From Methanocellales archaeon (GTDB taxonomy: Archaea; Halobacteriota; JAWCLZ01), in contig JAWCMA010000008.1 of assembly GCA_038850285.1 (NCBI GenBank), positions 12,405 to 33,372 on the forward strand: a stretch of DNA of 20,968 nucleotides. The letters run 5' to 3'. Positions 15,188-20,968 of the stretch are shown piece by piece; positions within the stretch are counted from its first letter, which is position 1, and the number at the start of each line of letters is the position of its first letter. Made by a program: the position numbers and the translations under genes. The notes below the pieces were generated by a model, which was given only the letters and a program-made list of their open reading frames with translations, was not told the DNA's origin and did no database searches.

Positions 15188-16663
15188 TTATGAGCATAAC
15201 TGAAGCTCAGCAGCGCTTTCAAGATATACCCAGTATCCAGATCCAGGCTCCAAAGCAAAGTTTTCTTTGCTGAAATTAGCGATATATGTTTCATGAGTGC
15301 CATTGGAAGCGTCGAATCTCACTAGATATCTAGCTTTCCCGTTGAAGGCTTTCATAAAATCGCTAGCACTGCAGTTTGAAGCTATGGGAATACCAATTAA
15401 ATTCCATCCCTTAAAAAACCTTAAATTCATATTATTCCCCCATTGACTCCATTGAACTTCACTTCCTTCAAATATCACGCTTGTGCTGCCATCCACATAA
15501 ACATATAATCCCTGTCCGGGTTTTACTTCGAAGTCTTCCTCATCGCGGCTGAAGTTAGCTATATATGTGCGATATTCTCCGATTCCTGAGTCATAAATCG
15601 ATATATGCTTTATTTTATCATTTACTAAATATTTTGCAGTCTGGACTAGAGGTATTGAAATGAGGTTCCAGCCTTGAGTTAGATTCAAGATAATCTTCTG
15701 CTGAACTCCGGTATCTAATTCAGCAACTATTGCAAATGGAGAGAAACCGTGGGTATTTGAGGAATAATATATGTGGGTGGAACTTTGAGATATCATAGTT
15801 GTGTTAAGTTTGTGCCAGCTGCTATTGCTATATCTATATAGTGCTATTTGATGCGGCTTCACATTTTTATTATCCAGCCAGTTTTTCTCTATTTTGAATT
15901 TAATTATGGCATTCTCCAGATATCTCTGGCTGGGAATGCTTACCCAGATATTAACGTGCTCATAAACGATTCCAGGCGGGTCGAGGTTTACAAATGCAGA
16001 TCTGCCTCTCAATTTTTCCACCATAATTACTATTTCCCCTAGACTTGTTTGATAGGTAAAACTTAACTCAACTATACCGTGCTCCTCAGCTTCCATTTTC
16101 CTAGCAATATTCACTCCCGGACTTATATTCCATATATAACCAACTTCTTTAGCAGCAATATTTTCATAAGGTTCGCCAGCAGCAGCTCCTCCTCCACCTG
16201 ATGAACTGCTACCAATGGAAGCACTTGGAGGTGACGCCGAGGGAATTGAAGTTGGAGATGGTGAGGGGGTTGGTGTAGGTGTTAGGGTGGCTGTGGGCTT
16301 TACAGTCGGCGTGGGAGAAGGTGTCGGTGGTGGAGCTGGAAGTTGGATTGTAATGTCAATTCTAATGCCTCCATTGCTTGTATTAACTTCTCCTGTTGCA
16401 ATTGAGCCTGAGGCATTTACCTTAATTTGTTCTCTATTTTGATAGCTATCTAAAACCACGCTATATTTTCCAAGGCTATCGGTTATACAGCTCTTAGTTT
16501 GATTCAATGTGCTCACATAGACTAAAACCTGAGATGCGGGAGTGTTATCGCTATATTTAACATATCCATAAACTACAAATGGGTCTTGGATTTCTAATGC
16601 TATCACCGAGGCTGCAACTGCAAGCAGGATTAAACCTGCAAATGAAAATCTCTTGATCACCAT
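15188..16663 (-). CDS. Secreted surface (S-layer-type) glycoprotein candidate: signal peptide + CarboxypepD_reg-like domain + Pro/Thr/Ser linker + PGF-pre-PGF-like domain + two tandem GWNLI..PGxGYWVY repeats
   Basis: GGAGG SD. Signal peptide is MVIKRFSFAGLILLAVAASVIA. The PT-rich linker spans aa 108-163. EPYENIAAKE...IVYEHVNIWV...AIIKFKIEKNWL...IALYRYSNSSWHKLNT...GFSPFAIV matches my memory of the archaeal PGF-pre-PGF domain. There are 11 N-x-S/T sequons. No C-terminal TM or PGF-CTERM is present. Confidence 0.85.
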   Translation of the reverse strand: MVIKRFSFAGLILLAVAASVIALEIQDPFVVYGYVKYSDNTPASQVLVYVSTLNQTKSCITDSLGKYSVVLDSYQNREQIKVNASGSIATGEVNTSNGGIRIDITIQLPAPPPTPSPTPTVKPTATLTPTPTPSPSPTSIPSASPPSASIGSSSSGGGGAAAGEPYENIAAKEVGYIWNISPGVNIARKMEAEEHGIVELSFTYQTSLGEIVIMVEKLRGRSAFVNLDPPGIVYEHVNIWVSIPSQRYLENAIIKFKIEKNWLDNKNVKPHQIALYRYSNSSWHKLNTTMISQSSTHIYYSSNTHGFSPFAIVAELDTGVQQKIILNLTQGWNLISIPLVQTAKYLVNDKIKHISIYDSGIGEYRTYIANFSRDEEDFEVKPGQGLYVYVDGSTSVIFEGSEVQWSQWGNNMNLRFFKGWNLIGIPIASNCSASDFMKAFNGKARYLVRFDASNGTHETYIANFSKENFALEPGSGYWVYLESAAELQLCS

Positions 16664-16692
16664 TTGCCTCCGTTACAAAATCGAATTTAAAA

Positions 16693-16724
16693 TGTGCATA
16701 TATTAACCAAGTATGAACATATTT
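16693..16724. promoter_or_regulatory. Imperfect palindrome TGTGCATA-N11-TATGAACA overlapping the TATA-like region of the 491-aa surface-protein gene; contains the 13-mer TATGAACATATTT shared with the KaiC-like promoter
   Basis: TGTGCATA at 16693-16700, TATGAACA at 16712-16719, and the 13-mer at 16712-16724. The 13-mer is the reverse complement of 12581-12593. Confidence 0.35.
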
Positions 16725-16813
16725 TAAGCTGCGCAAGTTCAAAGTCAGCAGCCAGGCAAATAGATAGATATATATCAATCAATAGTTTAATTGGCTTTGC
16801 TGGTGAGGTATGC

Positions 16814-17518
16814 ATGGGAGAAGAATTCAAAGAAGAAATGTTGCCCTGGCCACCTTGGCCGCCTGAGGTAATCCAACAAGAAATTGAGGCCTTGAAAGAG
16901 CAAATTAGAATGTGGAAGGAAAGCTATATTCAGCAGGGAATTTTGGATGAGGAAACCATAACCTGTTTCGATTTGGAAATCGAGGAACTAGTTTATCCAT
17001 ATGTGCGCAGGCTGCAAGAGCTATGCATTGTAACTTCAGAGCAGGCTCAGCAAATCCTTGCTTTTGCCGAGAGGGAGTTGGATGATCTACGGAGAATTGC
17101 GACTGAGAGACAATTGATAGGTATTGGTAAGATAGAATTCTACTACAGTACAAATGTTGCGCCAAAGAAGAAGTTCAAGACAAATATTGAGAAATGCTTT
17201 GAACTTCTCAAATGGCTTGAAGCAAAGAAGGTAATAGTTGAGACTTGTGATACCTATGCACTTTCACGCAGAGAAATAGCTGAAAAAATTCAGCGCGCAA
17301 TGAATGAAGCAATAGAAAAACATGGCATTATAGGAACAAAGGAGGCAAAGCTAGAGTGGTTTGGTGCAGAGCTACCGATGCTCTTGGTATATGAAAAGGA
17401 AACAGATACTATTCCCAAGGAAGTATACCCAAGAAGGGAGAAAAAAAAGCTTATAGGCTGTGAAGAGGCAATTCAAACCATAATCAACAAATTTGAATCA
17501 ATTTATAAAAATGAATGA
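16814..17518 (+). CDS. Hypothetical protein (234 aa from ATG 16814): N-terminal helical region with a PWPPWPP motif, and a C-terminal region weakly resembling a Cys-less thioredoxin-fold/ArsD-like domain
   Basis: GGTGAGGT (16802-16809) precedes ATG 16814. The track start, GTG 16694, would sit 31 nt from the divergent gene start with no SD. The C-terminal similarity (LPMLLVYEKETDTIPKEVYPRRE vs ArsD LPLLLLDGETVMAGRYPKRAE) is from memory and weak. Confidence 0.6.
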   Translation: MGEEFKEEMLPWPPWPPEVIQQEIEALKEQIRMWKESYIQQGILDEETITCFDLEIEELVYPYVRRLQELCIVTSEQAQQILAFAERELDDLRRIATERQLIGIGKIEFYYSTNVAPKKKFKTNIEKCFELLKWLEAKKVIVETCDTYALSRREIAEKIQRAMNEAIEKHGIIGTKEAKLEWFGAELPMLLVYEKETDTIPKEVYPRREKKKLIGCEEAIQTIINKFESIYKNE

Positions 17519-17858
17519 AAGAATATTAAAGAAGCTAGAGAAAAAATGGGGTAAAATTCCAACCCCAATTAAGGTATTGAATGCTGGAAATCCAAAAACA
17601 GTATCACTCTATCTAGCTTTTAGAAAAGAACTGCTGAAAGGTGGAGTGCTTCCTCCAAAGATCAAGAGACTGGTTTTAATTGCTTGCGCTGCAACCGTGA
17701 AATGTAAATACTGCTTAGAAATGCACATCCGCGAGGCACTAATCGAAGGAATAAGCGAGCAAGAAATATTAGAAGCAATTTCCCTAGCTTATTTGATTGG
17801 AGGAGGCCCAGCGATGGCCACTGGCACAAGAGCGCTGGATATATTTGAGTCCACTTAG
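17511..17858 (+). CDS. Carboxymuconolactone decarboxylase (AhpD-like) family protein with a CxxC motif
   Basis: AATVKCKYCLEMHIREALIEGISEQEILEAISLAYLIGGGPA is the CMD/AhpD core with CxxC...H. ATG 17511 overlaps the upstream stop (ATGAATGA). The alternative in-frame ATG is at 17493. Confidence 0.85.
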   Translation: MNERILKKLEKKWGKIPTPIKVLNAGNPKTVSLYLAFRKELLKGGVLPPKIKRLVLIACAATVKCKYCLEMHIREALIEGISEQEILEAISLAYLIGGGPAMATGTRALDIFEST

Positions 17859-18028
17859 GATTTCTCTATCTCTACTCTTTCCCACTCAGCAGTTGCTAAA
17901 AGCGCTGGTTATCTGGTCCCTAATGCTGCTCTTGCTCTACATTTACCGAGAGCAAATTTTGAACAGCAGAAGCGGGAAGCGAGAAAGAATTGGGAATAAA
18001 ATGAAAACTTTCAGCGTGCTTATAATAC

Positions 18029-18040
18029 CTTTTTATATGC
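18029..18040 (+). promoter_or_regulatory. TATA box (CTTTTTATATGC) about 24 nt upstream of ATG 18059; the XPD transcript is probably leaderless
   Basis: TTTTATAT at 18031-18038. There is no SD-like motif between it and the ATG. Confidence 0.4.
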
Positions 18041-18058
18041 AGCAATTTCTAAAGTTTT

Positions 18059-20206
18059 ATGATGGAGCGGGAGTGCTTAAATTATTTCCCTAAATCAGCT
18101 TTTTATCCAAATCAAGCCGATGCAATTGAGCGCGTATACCTCGCTCTTTCCAAGCAGAAAATTGTGCTGCTTGAAGGTGCTTGCGGTACAGGAAAAACAC
18201 TAGCAGCACTTGTACCCTCGCTTGCTATTGCAAATCAGAAGAATAAGAAGGTGATAATTGCCACAAATGTGCATCAGCAAATGATTCAATTCATCTCAGA
18301 GGCTAGAGAGATCAAGAAGAAGAGCGATATAAAGGCAATTGCACTTAAAGGGAAGGTGCATATGTGCCCCCTTGGCATTGGCTATGAAGAGTGCAATGTG
18401 CTTCGAGAAAATACATTTGAGTTAATGGAGCTTGAGAAAGAAAGAAAATACCTCCTAGATAGCGCTAAAAGTCTTGAAATTCGTTTTAAGCATGACCCTA
18501 CTCTTGAGAGTGCTAGAGGAAATATAGAGGCTAATTTAAATGAAGTTGAAAATCGCTTGAATATATTGAAAAAGCGCTTTTGCCCCTATCTCAAAAGAGT
18601 TTTTGAAAGTGGAAATGGCGATTTCCAAAGCTGGCTTTTTGAAGATGTACGCACTCCCGAGGAAGTCATTGAAAAAGCGGGTAAAGCAAATAAATGCGGC
18701 TATGAGCTATTGAAGCGGAATTTGAAATCTGCTGATTTATTGATATGCAATTATCATCATATCTTGAATAGTGAGATATTTGAGAGGGTTCTAGCTTGGA
18801 TGGATGCAAGTATGCAGAGCATTATTTTAATCTTTGACGAAGCCCATAATTTAGAAAGCGCAGCTAGGGTTCATTCTTCAATTACTCTAAGCGAGGCAGT
18901 TATTGAAAGAGCAATTCGAGAATGCGAAGGGGAAGGAGATAAAAATGTATCTCGATTTCTAATGCTATTGAATGATACCATTAAGGAAACTTATGAAGCA
19001 AAATTTTCATTTGGAGAGCGAGAGAGAATCGGCGAAGATTGGTATGAGCTTATCATTAAAGAACCTGAGGATGGAGAAGATGAACTTTTTCAGAGATTCA
19101 TGGGGAAAATTGAGAGGGAAAAGTTAAATGTAATAGAAATACTCAGTGCAATGGAGGAATTGGGCAAAAAGGTGGATGAATACTACAAGGAGCAATATAA
19201 ACTTGGGCTAGCTGAAGTTAGAAAAACTTCCATGCTTTTATATGCAGCGAGCTTCCTTTCGAAATATGTGGAGCATGCGAATGATCCAGAGTATTACCAA
19301 GTTTTAAATGTGAAGAAAAATCAAAACGATGAAATAAAAGGAAGAATTGAACTTTTCTCCTGCATTCCAAAGCATATAACTAAGCCAATTTTTGAAGCTA
19401 TATATGCTGGCGTGCTAATGTCAGCCACTCTCCGTCCATTTCAAATGGTTAAAACTGTCCTAGGTATAAATAGAGAATGCGAAGAGCTTTGCTATGGTTC
19501 AAGTTTTCCGAGAGCAAATCGCTGCACCATTGCAGTTGCAGCACCACCTTTATTTGCAAAAAATCGAGATGATGAAGAAATAGTGCTTCAGATATCCTCG
19601 ATATTGAATGATATAATTGAGCAGAGTAATGGAAATGTTTTGATTTTTTTCCCCAGCTCCAGCGAGATTTTGAAATATAAAAATTTGCTAAAGGGAGACT
19701 TATTCATCGATGAAGCAGGGGTTTCTTCAACTGAAGTTAGAGAGGAGTTTTTCAAGATGGGTGAAAGCGGTAAAAAAGCTGTACTTCTTTCCTATCTATG
19801 GGGCACTCTCGCCGAAGGCATTGATTATAAAGACGAGCGGCTTAGATGCGTGGTGATAGTAGGCGTGGGCTATCCATTGCTGAATGAAAGAATGAGAGCG
19901 ATTCAGAACGCCTATGAATATGTCTTTGGCCACGGCTGGGAATATGCTATTCAAAATCCAACTATAAGGAGGATTAGGCAAGCAATGGGTAGAGTGATAA
20001 GATCCCCTTCGGACTATGGCGCTAGAGTACTTATAGACCTTCGATATACCAGTTTCTCTAGAAAAATAATCGGTAAATACTCAATCCACCATGCCTTTCC
20101 ACAAGAAGAAAGGGAGGAGTTTATAGATGTGGAGGTGGAGAAAGTGAAGTACTCTCTTTTGAATTTCTTCAACGACATTAAAATAAATAAAATTAATAAT
20201 GCATAA
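18059..20206 (+). CDS. xpd: XPD/Rad3-family 5'-3' DNA helicase (DinG superfamily, Fe-S helicase)
   Basis: Walker A GACGTGKT, DEAH box FDEAHNL, four Fe-S-domain cysteines (C103, C112, C175, C213), LMSATL, and C-terminal helicase motifs GTLAEGIDY and QAMGRVIRS. Length is 715 aa. Confidence 0.9.
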   Translation: MMERECLNYFPKSAFYPNQADAIERVYLALSKQKIVLLEGACGTGKTLAALVPSLAIANQKNKKVIIATNVHQQMIQFISEAREIKKKSDIKAIALKGKVHMCPLGIGYEECNVLRENTFELMELEKERKYLLDSAKSLEIRFKHDPTLESARGNIEANLNEVENRLNILKKRFCPYLKRVFESGNGDFQSWLFEDVRTPEEVIEKAGKANKCGYELLKRNLKSADLLICNYHHILNSEIFERVLAWMDASMQSIILIFDEAHNLESAARVHSSITLSEAVIERAIRECEGEGDKNVSRFLMLLNDTIKETYEAKFSFGERERIGEDWYELIIKEPEDGEDELFQRFMGKIEREKLNVIEILSAMEELGKKVDEYYKEQYKLGLAEVRKTSMLLYAASFLSKYVEHANDPEYYQVLNVKKNQNDEIKGRIELFSCIPKHITKPIFEAIYAGVLMSATLRPFQMVKTVLGINRECEELCYGSSFPRANRCTIAVAAPPLFAKNRDDEEIVLQISSILNDIIEQSNGNVLIFFPSSSEILKYKNLLKGDLFIDEAGVSSTEVREEFFKMGESGKKAVLLSYLWGTLAEGIDYKDERLRCVVIVGVGYPLLNERMRAIQNAYEYVFGHGWEYAIQNPTIRRIRQAMGRVIRSPSDYGARVLIDLRYTSFSRKIIGKYSIHHAFPQEEREEFIDVEVEKVKYSLLNFFNDIKINKINNA

Positions 20207-20234
20207 ATTAATAAAAATAATAATCTAAATCGGC

Positions 20235-20535
20235 TTATGCTCTTTCCTTGCTTAGCTTCGAGAGAATTTTCTCCCTCCAAGTCTCTACGTCTTCAAATAG
20301 CTTGCAGGCATTCTTCAAATCAATTTGCTCATCCTCCCTATCCTTATAGCTCTGGCTTAGCCGCTCTATCCAAGAGGCACAGTGCTTGCCTATTTCTGCA
20401 TTAATCTCTTTAAGCTCAGGCTTTTACACCCTTCAGCCCTGTGATTATAAATTTCACTTTAGCTCTATTCTGGAGCAAGGTATTAAGCCTTATATATTCC
20501 AGATATTCGCCAAGTATCAATATCTCACGAAGCAC
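20235..20535 (-). pseudogene. Small gene downstream of the reductase that appears split by a +1 frameshift (39-aa ORF 20416-20535 plus a start-less 62-codon frame, 20235-20423 including its stop)
   Basis: GTG 20535 lies 6 nt after GGGGG (20542-20546) and overlaps the GGR stop. It translates as MLREILILGEYLEYIRLNTLLQNRAKVKFIITGLKGVKA*. The +1 frame continues KPELKEINAEIGKHCASWIERLSQSYKDREDEQIDLKNACKLFEDVETWREKILSKLSKERA*, with protein-like composition but no start codon. Confidence 0.3.
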
Positions 20536-20536
20536 T

Positions 20537-20968
20537 TCATTCCCCCTTCATTGCTACTTCAGCAGCTATTTTAAACACCCTCCACAGTCTTGGGATTTTA
20601 TTTGAGAACAAAAGCTTTTTGAAAAGGACCGATGGCCTATCTATATCGCCATATTCAGTTATAATCTGTAGTATCTTGCTATCCCCCATTATTTCTATGA
20701 ACTCCTCAATTTGCTCATCACTCAGCTTCGCAAAGCACTCATGGAGCATTAACCCAATGGAAAGCTCTCTGCCCACCTTGGAGCGCCATTTTTTTTCATA
20801 CTCCATTAATCTCTCCTCAGCTGTATCTCCCTCAAGTGCTGCTTTAGCTGCCACCTCCCCCGCTATCTTGGCGCAAACAGCCCCCATATAAACACCTCCA
20901 CCGGAGGTTGGCTTCACCTGCCCAGCTGCATCTCCAACTACTATTAAACCATGTGCAACTGCTTTCTT
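20537..20968 (-). CDS. Geranylgeranyl reductase family flavoprotein, C-terminal part (N-terminus lies beyond the right edge)
   Basis: The reverse-strand frame is open to the window edge: KKAVAHGLIVVGDAAGQVKPTSGGGVYMGAVCAKIAGE...YEKKWRSKVGREL. GDAAG..P.xGGG is the FAD-binding motif of the GGR/FixC family. The track's start at 20917 is an artefact of truncation. Confidence 0.85.
   Translation of the reverse strand, partial: KKAVAHGLIVVGDAAGQVKPTSGGGVYMGAVCAKIAGEVAAKAALEGDTAEERLMEYEKKWRSKVGRELSIGLMLHECFAKLSDEQIEEFIEIMGDSKILQIITEYGDIDRPSVLFKKLLFSNKIPRLWRVFKIAAEVAMKGE

Noticed and set aside
16215-16442. Track ORF 16215-16442 (+), Gly/Val-rich
   Set aside because: It is the antisense reading of the Pro/Thr/Ser linker of the 491-aa surface protein and is a compositional artefact.
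16694-16813. N-terminal 40-aa extension of the 274-aa track ORF (GTG 16694)
   Set aside because: It starts 31 nt from the divergent gene's ATG, inside the shared promoter, and has no SD. A strong SD (GGTGAGGT) precedes ATG 16814.
11690-17860. Possibility that the accessory-looking block is a mobile island or defence locus
   Set aside because: No integrase, transposase, tRNA target, flanking direct repeats, nuclease/helicase defence pairs or toxin-antitoxin signatures were seen. The gene content fits regulation and cell envelope better.
17932-17955. Hairpin TTGCTCT-N10-AGAGCAA in the 200-nt CMD-XPD spacer
   Set aside because: It has only 7 bp with asymmetric possible extensions, and no promoter or terminator context. 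The evidence is too weak to call an RNA or operator.
17797-18093. Track ORF 17797-18093 (+, 98 aa)
   Set aside because: It overlaps the 3' end of the CMD gene and the 5' end of XPD, spans the XPD promoter, and has no SD or recognisable motifs.
20014-20280. Track ORF 20014-20280 (-, 88 aa)
   Set aside because: It mostly overlaps the XPD 3' end in antisense, and its translation is hydrophobic and low-complexity. It is in a different frame from the protein-like frames noted at 20235-20535.
2008-20891. Remaining short antisense or overlapping track ORFs (1625-1930, 2008-2196, 2446-2691, 3467-3682, 5114-5296, 5448-5657, 5902-6192, 6859-7047, 6973-7167, 10863-11060, 12683-13081, 14402-14590, 14808-15095, 15040-15303, 15848-16042, 16557-16778, 16905-17165, 19796-19981, 20386-20574, 20619-20891)
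   Set aside because: Each lies within or opposite a confidently assigned gene or promoter, lacks an SD or promoter, and has a translation with no recognisable motifs.

Overview
Moderately AT-rich archaeal chromosomal DNA. The archaeal assignment rests on aIF2-beta, XPD/Rad3 helicase, geranylgeranyl reductase, a KaiC-like ATPase, a PGF-pre-PGF-type surface protein, BRE/TATA-like promoters (some leaderless) and GGAGG-type ribosome-binding sites inside operons. It may be Thermoplasmata-like, but I cannot verify that without a search.

Layout, left to right:
- 1-508 (-): aIF2-beta, running off the left edge, with a C-terminal TRAM-like extension.
- 684-1884: a convergent metallophosphoesterase / CYTH pair.
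- 2030-11667 (+): a tightly coupled 12-cistron nuo/fpo-like operon, nuoA-B-C-D-H-I-J(split)-K-L-M-N, with no nuoEFG.
- ~11.7-17.9 kb: an accessory-looking block. It holds a promoter plus a double-hairpin RNA candidate, a coiled-coil ORF, a ribbon-helix-helix (RHH) domain fused to a KaiC-like ATPase, an NAD-dependent sugar epimerase, two paralogous secreted surface proteins, and an unknown ORF coupled to an AhpD/CMD-like CxxC protein.
- 18059-20206 (+): a long XPD helicase.
- 20235-20535 (-): an apparently frameshifted small gene.
- 20537-20968 (-): the 3' part of a geranylgeranyl reductase, running off the right edge.

No transposase, integrase, CRISPR array, tRNA or rRNA was seen.

Most interesting observations:
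- A NuoD-like subunit that mixes complex-I and [NiFe]-hydrogenase active-site motifs.
- An RHH-KaiC fusion whose promoter carries a palindrome; its half-site (in one case a 13-mer) recurs at the epimerase and surface-protein promoters.
- A promoter-driven structured RNA candidate.
- An aIF2-beta whose conserved N-terminal helix is encoded upstream of any nearby canonical start codon.

All family assignments come from motif recognition by eye and memory. No database search or folding computation was possible.
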